Shown here one piece after another: positions 15,552-23,452 of a DNA stretch of 32,001 nt; the stretch's first letter is position 1; each line of letters starts with the position of its first letter. The translations under genes and the position numbers were made by a program. The DNA comes from Ktedonobacteraceae bacterium. Lineage in GTDB: Bacteria > Chloroflexota > Ktedonobacteria > Ktedonobacterales > Ktedonobacteraceae. The stretch spans positions 1 through 32,001 of the forward strand of contig DAIPMP010000001.1 of the NCBI GenBank assembly GCA_036768655.1, written 5' to 3'. The notes under the pieces were generated by a model. The model ran no database searches. It was not told the DNA's origin and worked only from the letters and a program-made list of their open reading frames with translations.

Positions 15552-15857
15552 TCCATAGTTCCTAGCTTTGACATCAGAAGATGCTTTACTTATAGCGTAT
15601 CCTACTATACCGTATTTTTGGCTTGAGTGAAACCAGCAAAATATCCCCAGAATAGGTACCTGGGTGAAACGAGTAGCTCTCATTAATCGTGAATCAAGTG
15701 CAAGCAGATGAGATTTTTGCGATTCTCTTTGACTCAGAAATAAGAACAAATGAGTTGTGCTTTCTACTTCGTTGTAGAATTTCACAAATCTTGAAACTGA
15801 TTAGTAGCATCAATGATAGAGAGTATGTCAGCGATTAAAATCGTAAGGGGGGTAGTT

Positions 15858-17090
15858 ATGGCAAACAAGACACAAGAGCCAACCAAAAACCCAGTAACCG
15901 AAGTAGTACAAAATGCTGAAAAGTCAAAAGTCGTACAAACGGCAGAAAAAGAGGCCAAACCTTTTCAGCAGTTCCTGACCAAATTTAATAATGACTGGTC
16001 GATGACCTTCTCCGCAGGCTTAGCATATAACCTGCTGATGTCTATATTTCCCATCGTGATCGCACTTGTAGCTACCCTTGGACTCATTCTAAATTCACTT
16101 TCACCAGCAACATATACTAGCGTCCTCAACAGTGCATTAAGCGCTTTTCCCAAACAAACGGGAGCGCAGCCACTCCTACTAGGTGCTATTGCCCAGGTGA
16201 AAAAGGATGCAGGTATTCTGACACTCATTGCCGTTATTCTTGCGCTTTTTAATGGTTCACGCCTCTTCATTTACATTGAGAGTGTTTTTGACATCATCTA
16301 CCATGTTCGTCCACGGAACATGATACCCCAAAATGTCATGGCACTTGTCATGATGGTAGTGTTTATCATACTTTTACCTATTATGGTTGTTACGGCATCT
16401 GCACCTACATTCGTACTCTCGTTTTTGCAAAAAACGCCAATCGCTACTATCCCTGGCATCGGTATTCTCTTTACCTTATTAGGTATTGTAGGTGGTGTGC
16501 TCTCAGCATTCTTGCTGTTCCTGGTTATCTACATCGTCGTTCCTAACCAAAAGATCAGCTTGCGTCATAGTTGGCGCGGAGCATTAGTAGCAGCAGTACT
16601 CCTACAGCTTTTCCTGATACTCTTCCCACTCTACATATCTCATTTTTTCACCGGCTACGCAGGCACGATAGGCCTGATCATTCTCCTCGTCTTCTTTTAC
16701 TATTTCGGGGTTATCCTCTTCTTCGGAGCCGAAGTTAATGCTTTCTTTTCAGAGAAGGTAAAAGCTACCCCGGATAATCTGGCAGTTATGGTACACAAAA
16801 TGACCAGTCATCTAGCGCCAACAGAACAGGATGTGAAGGAACAGGCTGCAGCCGATCACAAAAATGCCCAGCCTAAAGAGATACGCCCGAAGAATGGCAA
16901 AGCAAATAGGATAGTTGGAAAAACAACAAGTACTTCAGCTCAAGACCAATCGCATATCGAAAGCAAATTTAAGCCTAAGAAGGAAAAATCTCCTTCCCGG
17001 GGATTTCAGGTTGGAACCATTGTCGAGGCAACTGCGGGTATAGCGCTCGCATTCTTCGTAGAACTTTTCCGCCTGCGCCGTAAAAAATAG
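15858..17090 (+). CDS. YihY/BrkB (ribonuclease BN-like) family integral membrane protein with Lys-rich C-terminal extension
   Basis: The protein is multi-pass hydrophobic with the typical family N-terminus (FLTKFNNDWSMTFSAGLAYNLLMSIFP) and GAEVNA near the end of the core. I prefer ATG at 15858, with AAGGGGGG 5 nt upstream. The ORF-track start is 15813. Confidence 0.8.
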   Translation: MANKTQEPTKNPVTEVVQNAEKSKVVQTAEKEAKPFQQFLTKFNNDWSMTFSAGLAYNLLMSIFPIVIALVATLGLILNSLSPATYTSVLNSALSAFPKQTGAQPLLLGAIAQVKKDAGILTLIAVILALFNGSRLFIYIESVFDIIYHVRPRNMIPQNVMALVMMVVFIILLPIMVVTASAPTFVLSFLQKTPIATIPGIGILFTLLGIVGGVLSAFLLFLVIYIVVPNQKISLRHSWRGALVAAVLLQLFLILFPLYISHFFTGYAGTIGLIILLVFFYYFGVILFFGAEVNAFFSEKVKATPDNLAVMVHKMTSHLAPTEQDVKEQAAADHKNAQPKEIRPKNGKANRIVGKTTSTSAQDQSHIESKFKPKKEKSPSRGFQVGTIVEATAGIALAFFVELFRLRRKK

Positions 17091-17135
17091 TCAGGGCTGT
17101 TGCAAAATCATATCTCCCCTTAAGCCAGCTGAGAG

Positions 17136-17197
17136 GCGAATCCAATGTCTCCTATACCAGTCGTGCATACGCTTGGTATGGGCGACATTGGATTCGC
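17136..17197 (+). terminator. Long hairpin downstream of the YihY gene (putative terminator)
   Basis: A 24-position stem pairs 17136-17159 with 17174-17197: 22 Watson-Crick pairs, one G-T and one mismatch. The loop is 14 nt and TTT follows. It starts 45 nt after the stop at 17090. Confidence 0.5.
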
Positions 17198-17410
17198 TTT
17201 GTCGAGCAAACAAAAGCTCGTCAAGACAACGTTTTTACAAAATATCCTAATTTACTTGACGCAATATATACCCATCTGTTACACTTTGACATAATTACAG
17301 ACCCCTAACACAAAATTTTTAACATCCCTAAAGTGGGTTCCTTTTGCCACACATTATGTTGCGGCGCATCTTATACATCCGCTGTATAAATTTATTTAGA
17401 GGTAGAGAGC

Positions 17411-20347
17411 ATGTCAGGTGAGCATCCCTCCTTCACCAACGACCAGGAACATCAACGATTGGTCAATGCGCTGCGCGAAAGCGAGATTTTGCGTGAGTTA
17501 GCAGAGCTACTAGCCTCCTCGCTCGACCTCAAAAATATTTTGCATGTCCTGACTAAACGTACAACTGAGGTCTGCCAGGTTGAACGCTGCTCTGTGTGGT
17601 TAATAGAAGATACGAGCAACGTTTTCCGCCCCGCTGCCTATTATCTTTCCTCACAGCACATTGATCACGCAAGAATTACTGCCGCTGATCATATCTGGCA
17701 TCATGGCTCTATCTCCTTCGAAGAACCAGAAATCCTCCATCTTCTCCAGGAAAAAGGCCTGATTGTTGTAAGCGATCTACACGATCACGCTAAAGTACGC
17801 AACGTTGCGGAAACATTTCTGGTACGTTCCGTATTACTCATAGCGCTTAAGCGTGAAGATCGTATTCTGGGCATGTTGTCACTCGATGACCCGGCACAGC
17901 TGCGCCTCTTTTCTCAAGAGCAACAACAGCTTGCACACGCTATTGGACAGCAGGCCGCTCTTGCGATAGATAATGCCAGTCTTTACCAACAAGCACAGGT
18001 AGAACGTACACGAGCTAACCGGCTCATTGAACGTGCTCGCGCGATTTACCAGGTGGCATTAACTGTCAACTCAGGAGAAGACCTTTCGGCTGTACTCAAG
18101 ATTGCGACCCATCACCTGATTCGCGGGCTGAATGCAAATGGCGGTGAGATTATACTCTTAGATGGTGATACGTTACGCCTGGTTGATAGATCAGATCAAC
18201 AACCAGCACCTTCCGATGCAGATGTACTACCTACCACAACGATCGCATTGAAAGACCTACCTGGTTGCCTTCACTCAGCTATCACTGGTTTGCCTCTCTT
18301 TGTGACCACTGATCAGTTAGCAGATTCCGAAAGGCTTTATTTTCAAAAGCTTGGCTTTGATAATGTGCTGATAGTTCCATTGATGACGGGTGGTAATCAT
18401 TCACACTCTACTCCGTTGCGTACCAATTCAGAACCTTCTACTCCTCATTGCATTGGTTTTGTCTTTGTCAACTATCACAACTCCAGCTACCACCCCGGCA
18501 AAGGGCAGTTGGCCTTCGCTCAGGACATCGCTGCTCAATGCGCGCTAGCGGTGGAAAAAGATCATCTCCTGGCAGATATCCACCAGGCCGCCGCCCTGGC
18601 AAACGAACGAGCAAATACACTCGATGCCGTTTTTCAGGCCATGACAGAAGGCATAACTGTTCTCAGCCAGGATGGAGAGGTACTTGTGCGTAACACCGCT
18701 GCCTCGCTATTCCTTGGGATTCCCATAAATTCTACAGATAAATTGCAGGGATTTCTCAATCGTTTCCCGACCCGCACATTGCATGGACAACCAATTTCCT
18801 ATGATGAATTTCCTCTCTCCCGCGCCCTGAAAGGTGAGCGTATCCGCGGCGAGCGTTTTGTGACTGTGCGAGGTGATGGCGTAGAGCGCGTGATAGAGGT
18901 GAACGTCACCCATATGCTGGATGAGTCGCAAAAACAGCGAGGTCTCGTCAGCGCCTTTCGAGACGTCACTGAGCAGACTCGCGTCGAGCAGCGCCTCCGC
19001 AAGGCATTAGAAACAATGCTCGATGTAGCTGAAGCTGTTTCTGGCATTACTGAAATGAAAGACATCCTCCACAGCGTCCTTGCAATGACAGTATCAACGC
19101 TCACCTGTCATCGTGGCTCAGTCCATCTCTTTCATGAGGATGAACAAGCATTTACATTTCTGCTTTCGAGTGGCTTCGAAGATGATGAGGTAGAAAAAGC
19201 ATGGTTGCTTGAACAGAACTTCTGGCTTTCACCTGCTGCAAATCAGTATCAAGGGTTCCGCGGCCAAATATTGGAAGGCCACGCCGCTGTTATCAGCGCC
19301 GAGCAGTACGCCAGTCAGCCCAATCCATTCAACCAGGCAATGGTGCTTGCCGCCCCTATCACTCATAATCATCACATACTCGGCCTAATCATCGTAGATC
19401 GTTCATTATCACATTCAAAAGCAGACTCTACAGGAGAAAGCAGACCACCATCCTGGCCGCGCGATTTTTCTATCTGGGATATGGCTGTCATCGAAGGTAT
19501 AGCGCAGCTCGCAGGGTTGGTCATTGAACAGGCTCGCTGGCAACAGGAGGCAGCAAGTGCACGCACAAGCGAGGCTGCCATGCGTGAGGCTAACGCTCTC
19601 AAAGACGAATTTTTGGCAATCACCGCCCACGAATTCCGTTCTCCGCTCACCGTCATCCTTACTCATAGCCAGGTTGGTTTACGCATGATGCGTAAGGGAA
19701 CGGAACCGCAGACCCTACAAAGAGTGTCCGATAGTCTTATGGCAATCGAAGAACAAGCACATCAGTTGACAAACATTGTTAATACCTTCTTAGAGGTGAC
19801 CCAGATCAATCGCAAGCAGTTGGTTATCAATTCTGAGCCAGTTGACCTGGCGCAGATTGCTCAACATGTCGTTACAACTCATAGTGCGACATCAGCCAAG
19901 CATCAGATCAGGTGCCATATCGCACCCAGCGTTCATCCCTATAATGTCATGGGGGACAAAGCACGTCTCAAACAGGTCCTTGCTAACCTGATACAGAATG
20001 CGGTGAAATATAGTCCGCTTGGTGGAACAATCACTGTTTCTTTATGCCAGGCTCAGAGCACCGAAAACGAAGGCAGACGAACCATCGAAGTATGCGTCGC
20101 AGATTCAGGCATTGGCATCCCAAAAGATGCGCTCCCTCGCCTCTTCGAACGCTTCTATCGAGGTTCTAATATCGATGGAAATAAAACCAGGGGCATTGGC
20201 CTCGGCCTTTATATTGTTGCGGAACTACTCCGTATGCACGATGGCACCATCCGAGCTGAAAGTACCGGTATCCCAGGCGAAGGAAGCCGCTTTATTATTA
20301 CGTTACCTTCGTCCCCTATAGAAAAAGAACTTGTCGATAGTGCTTGA
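17411..20347 (+). CDS. Cytoplasmic multi-sensor histidine kinase (GAF-GAF-PAS-GAF-HisKA-HATPase_c)
   Basis: 978 aa with no TM segments. H-box ITAHEFRSPLT, N-box LIQNAVKYSP, G1 DSGIGIP, G2 GIGLGLYIV. A PAS-like segment is LDAVFQAMTEGITVLSQDGEVLVRN, and several GAF-like blocks are present. Confidence 0.85.
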   Translation: MSGEHPSFTNDQEHQRLVNALRESEILRELAELLASSLDLKNILHVLTKRTTEVCQVERCSVWLIEDTSNVFRPAAYYLSSQHIDHARITAADHIWHHGSISFEEPEILHLLQEKGLIVVSDLHDHAKVRNVAETFLVRSVLLIALKREDRILGMLSLDDPAQLRLFSQEQQQLAHAIGQQAALAIDNASLYQQAQVERTRANRLIERARAIYQVALTVNSGEDLSAVLKIATHHLIRGLNANGGEIILLDGDTLRLVDRSDQQPAPSDADVLPTTTIALKDLPGCLHSAITGLPLFVTTDQLADSERLYFQKLGFDNVLIVPLMTGGNHSHSTPLRTNSEPSTPHCIGFVFVNYHNSSYHPGKGQLAFAQDIAAQCALAVEKDHLLADIHQAAALANERANTLDAVFQAMTEGITVLSQDGEVLVRNTAASLFLGIPINSTDKLQGFLNRFPTRTLHGQPISYDEFPLSRALKGERIRGERFVTVRGDGVERVIEVNVTHMLDESQKQRGLVSAFRDVTEQTRVEQRLRKALETMLDVAEAVSGITEMKDILHSVLAMTVSTLTCHRGSVHLFHEDEQAFTFLLSSGFEDDEVEKAWLLEQNFWLSPAANQYQGFRGQILEGHAAVISAEQYASQPNPFNQAMVLAAPITHNHHILGLIIVDRSLSHSKADSTGESRPPSWPRDFSIWDMAVIEGIAQLAGLVIEQARWQQEAASARTSEAAMREANALKDEFLAITAHEFRSPLTVILTHSQVGLRMMRKGTEPQTLQRVSDSLMAIEEQAHQLTNIVNTFLEVTQINRKQLVINSEPVDLAQIAQHVVTTHSATSAKHQIRCHIAPSVHPYNVMGDKARLKQVLANLIQNAVKYSPLGGTITVSLCQAQSTENEGRRTIEVCVADSGIGIPKDALPRLFERFYRGSNIDGNKTRGIGLGLYIVAELLRMHDGTIRAESTGIPGEGSRFIITLPSSPIEKELVDSA

Positions 20348-20364
20348 GCTTCGCGGCCCCTCTC

Positions 20365-21099
20365 CTAGCAAATTCGATAATTGAATGAGGTTGCTTTCTT
20401 CGCAGTCGCGCTCAAATGTACAGTAAATCCTACCTTTGGATGGAGAGTCACATACTGTACCACCACTGGGCCTGGATCAGCTGTCAACACCACAATGACG
20501 ACGCTTGTTGTAGTGATGTGTGTATTAGCAACCATTATTTCAGATTGCCCCTTCTCAAACCGATCCACACCAGATACCTCTCTACTGACGTCAGGGGAAA
20601 GAGGCTCTCGTGGCACTTCTAGCTTCTCTAGTGCTGGCATAGTAGGATTGGTAGTTACTTCACATGGCGTTACGCCAGTCGTTCCAGGTCTTTCACTTGC
20701 CTCTGACTTAGGAACAACCTGCAGGCGCACCTTTGTTGTGCGTATGGTCGATCGCTGTTTGCCTGGTACAGGGCTAAAAGATTCCAAAGATTCCAATGAA
20801 CTGGAAACAGCTTTGCCAGTTTTTGTCAAAGAGATATGATTAGTCTGCACCTTCACTGATGTACTAACTGCTGGCAGCGGTTTAGATTGAAGGCTCAGGC
20901 GCGGTGGAATGAGTGGCGTGCTCTTTAAGAGCGATACATCGTTTTCAAGCTCATCAGCATCCACATCCACGTCTTCATTGGCGGAAGCATCTACCAACGC
21001 TTCTTCAACTGAAGCTGAGAGGTCTAAGCGCTCCTGAGCAACTCGCGATTGCCATTGCTGCTGCTTTTTCTCATCAATGTCATCTGGCCTACTCATCAT
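20365..21099 (-). CDS. Hypothetical protein (acidic N-terminus, Ser/Thr/Pro-rich middle, beta-rich C-terminal module)
   Basis: 244-aa ORF beginning with tandem ATG ATG (21094-21099), with GAGG upstream. The coding-like C-terminal region is VIVVLTADPGPVVVQYVTLHPKVGFTVHLSA. I cannot assign a family confidently. Confidence 0.55.
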   Translation of the reverse strand: MMSRPDDIDEKKQQQWQSRVAQERLDLSASVEEALVDASANEDVDVDADELENDVSLLKSTPLIPPRLSLQSKPLPAVSTSVKVQTNHISLTKTGKAVSSSLESLESFSPVPGKQRSTIRTTKVRLQVVPKSEASERPGTTGVTPCEVTTNPTMPALEKLEVPREPLSPDVSREVSGVDRFEKGQSEIMVANTHITTTSVVIVVLTADPGPVVVQYVTLHPKVGFTVHLSATAKKATSFNYRIC

Positions 21100-21277
21100 C
21101 TACCTCTAATCGTTTGGAGAACAATGTATCGTTCTGCTTGAAACAAGGTGGAACACCAGGAGGTAGTATAACATATCTCATTCAAACGAAAGTCCCTACT
21201 AGCACATATGGGGGGAATAGTATGAACCAATCAATTCATCAACAATAGAACCTATTTGGTATAAGAGTACCAGTCAC

Positions 21278-21306
21278 TTGTAAATCTTACTGGATATCGC
21301 TACAAT
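21278..21306 (+). promoter_or_regulatory. Putative promoter for the plus-strand coxG-like gene
   Basis: TTGTAA (21278-21283), a 17-nt spacer, then TACAAT (21301-21306). It lies about 110 nt upstream of the ATG at 21416. Confidence 0.45.
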
Positions 21307-21415
21307 AAAAGCCCTAAGGACGGTCTATTTCGTTTCAAGCAATTCATGGACAGATAAATTTCATCGCGATGTGTTCGAACATCAACTCTATTACCAATGA
21401 TAAGAAAGGGTTTTC

Positions 21416-21865
21416 ATGAAGCTCAACGGTACGCACAAATTCAAAGCCTCTAGCTATCAAGTCTTCCAGGCTATTCTAAATCCCAATGTATTGAAAGAAT
21501 GCATTCCCGGTTGCCAATCGATTGAAAATCTCAATGCCGAGAGCATCATGGCGAATATAACCACACCTTTACCGGGGTTGAAGGGGCCATATTCCGCGAT
21601 CATACACATTGCACAGCGCCAGGAACCATCCATATTGGTTCTTGAAGTCCAACGGCAAGGAAGAGGTGGCTCTATTAATGCCACCAGCCACATCAATATT
21701 ACTGACGATGCGGACGGAGGAGCCTTGCTAACCTATAATGCCACTGCTGATCTCTCGGGTCCCGTATCTATCGCGAATAATCCCATTGGGGAAAGCATCA
21801 CGAAGAATTCCCTGGGAGCGTTCTTCAAAAATCTTGATAAGACACTCGATAAAGCCATAGCATAA
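21416..21865 (+). CDS. CoxG-like SRPBCC family protein (carbon monoxide dehydrogenase subunit G family)
   Basis: 149 aa. The N-terminus MKLNGTHKFKASSYQVFQAILNPNVLKECIPGCQSIE shows the typical CoxG pattern (..L.D...L..CIPGC). Confidence 0.75.
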   Translation: MKLNGTHKFKASSYQVFQAILNPNVLKECIPGCQSIENLNAESIMANITTPLPGLKGPYSAIIHIAQRQEPSILVLEVQRQGRGGSINATSHINITDDADGGALLTYNATADLSGPVSIANNPIGESITKNSLGAFFKNLDKTLDKAIA

Positions 21866-21873
21866 TGTAGAGA

Positions 21874-21959
21874 CCCGATGTATCGCGTCCGAGGGTGGGA
21901 GGGGAGGAACATTCCCGCCGTTTCATGCTCGCTCCCCCTCATGGACGCGATACATCGGG
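21874..21959. repeat. 86-nt inverted-repeat element filling the gap between convergent genes
   Basis: A 17-bp perfect outer stem pairs 21874-21890 with 21943-21959 and encloses 52 nt. The enclosed G-rich arm (gagggtgggaggggagg) can pair further with a C-rich arm (gctccccctc). Confidence 0.5.
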
Positions 21960-21962
21960 GCC

Positions 21963-22787
21963 CTACTGTAGCGAGATGATAGCTCCTATCATTCCCTCGA
22001 CTGGTGGAACCAGCATTCCATTCCGTTCAACCAGCCATTCTTCCAACAATTGCCGTAACTCTTCGCGCGTCTTTTCATCATCTGGCAGAATGAGTTGCTC
22101 TGACACCTCCTCCACTGCACTATCAAGCGAAGGATAATTGAGGATCACAGGCAGTTTAACAATCTCCACATCTGCATAGAGTCCCATCTCATAGAGTACA
22201 TCAAGCGCGTGAATATAGCCGGGTGGCAGGGCGCGTTCGTCTCCGTGGAAATGCCGCCAGAGATGGCCAGTTAAAGTATCAATAGAGGTGGCTCGCATAT
22301 AGATATAGCAGATGTGGTGTGTAGCCTTATACAGTCTAGCCAGGAAAGGTTCAATGTCGACGATTGGATAAAGCACATGACTGCATATGACGACATCCGC
22401 CGCAAGATCCTCTGGGACATCTTGCCAGCTTGCCTGAATAGTTGTGATATTTGTAAACCCCTGCTCGCTCGCATCGTGAACCAGATAGCTCAGCATGGAG
22501 GCGTTCGGTTCAACAGCAGTAATATGCCGCGCCGCCGGGGCCAGCGCCAGCGTAAACCGCCCTGTACCAGCTCCTACATCCAGTACGCTTGTCTGAGAGG
22601 TAATGAAGCTCTGCAACCTGCGCAATAAAGGGTCATGAAGCGCAGCATCTCTGGTTGTGCTATGAAAGCGCTTTGCCCGTCGATCCCAGAAATCCGCGCT
22701 GGTGCGCCCCAGGAGTGCGTAAGCTGCATCCATCTGCCGCGCTCTCGCCTTGAGCATGGACTCCCAACGTTCAACAGCGGTCTCCAT
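21963..22787 (-). CDS. Class I SAM-dependent methyltransferase
   Basis: 274 aa. Motif I is VLDVGAGTGRFTLALA, and a post-I acidic residue occurs in ITAVEPN. The gene starts 14 nt after the upstream coxG stop, on the same strand. Confidence 0.8.
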   Translation of the reverse strand: METAVERWESMLKARARQMDAAYALLGRTSADFWDRRAKRFHSTTRDAALHDPLLRRLQSFITSQTSVLDVGAGTGRFTLALAPAARHITAVEPNASMLSYLVHDASEQGFTNITTIQASWQDVPEDLAADVVICSHVLYPIVDIEPFLARLYKATHHICYIYMRATSIDTLTGHLWRHFHGDERALPPGYIHALDVLYEMGLYADVEIVKLPVILNYPSLDSAVEEVSEQLILPDDEKTREELRQLLEEWLVERNGMLVPPVEGMIGAIISLQ

Positions 22788-22801
22788 AAAGAATTCTTTC
22801 T

Positions 22802-23281
22802 TTATCCATTGACGCTGTCGACTTCGGCATCAGGAGCATCAGGAACCTGTAACCTGGTCTTGAGACAATCAAAGAATTGGCCGGTAAGTTTTTGCGCTGT
22901 TCCCTGCATTAGACGAGCGCCAACACTTGCGATTGTCCCACTCACAACGACGGTAGCTTCCCAATCCATACGCGTCTGCTCATCATCAAGCGCTGTCAGA
23001 TTCATATCGCCAGACAATTCAACAGCGCTACCAGGCGCCTTGCCTCTTCCCTTCACAACCATATGTTCTGGCTCTTGCATTTCTGGCCTTGTCACATCCA
23101 GGGTAAATTTAGCCTTTACAGGACCTACGCCCACACTAACGACCGCCTTCCAGTGTTCCTCGCCTAATTCCTCCAGGCTCTGAAATCCAGGCGCACATGC
23201 CGCGACTTTGTTGACATCGAGGAGAAATGCCCATACTTTCCCAATTGGGGCAGCAATAGTTTGAGTATCAGAAAAATACAT
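22802..23281 (-). CDS. coxG: CoxG / SRPBCC family protein
   Basis: 159 aa. MYFSDTQTIAAPIGKVWAFLLDVNKVAACAPGFQSLEELGEEHWKAVVSVGVGPVKAKF shows the typical CoxG pattern. It lies downstream of coxMSL and xdhC on the same strand. Confidence 0.8.
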   Translation of the reverse strand: MYFSDTQTIAAPIGKVWAFLLDVNKVAACAPGFQSLEELGEEHWKAVVSVGVGPVKAKFTLDVTRPEMQEPEHMVVKGRGKAPGSAVELSGDMNLTALDDEQTRMDWEATVVVSGTIASVGARLMQGTAQKLTGQFFDCLKTRLQVPDAPDAEVDSVNG

Positions 23282-23452
23282 ACAAAAACCTACCTTTCGT
23301 ACTACAAAATTTTTTTTGTGACGTGTGCTGCAACAGGTTATGCGTGTGTATTATCATATCACAGGATAGTGTCACAGAAGTATCTTGAAAGAGGTGGACG
23401 ATTTCTCCCCTTCACGTGAATCTTACCAGGATTAAGGATGCAATACCGAGTT

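Noticed and set aside
15552-15785. N-terminal extensions offered by the ORF track. These are the J-domain ORF to 15785, coxS to 27673, gabT from 3103, the XdhC gene to 24475 and YihY from 15813.
   Set aside because: In each case an internal ATG with a strong SD matches the family N-terminus. The extension overlaps the upstream gene or has a non-protein-like sequence.
21891-21907. The G-run tract gagggtgggaggggagg, considered as a G-quadruplex motif.
   Set aside because: It has only three runs of at least three G, and the fourth run is GG. The tract has a complementary C-rich partner 25-40 nt away within the same inverted repeat, so duplex or hairpin formation is the simpler explanation.
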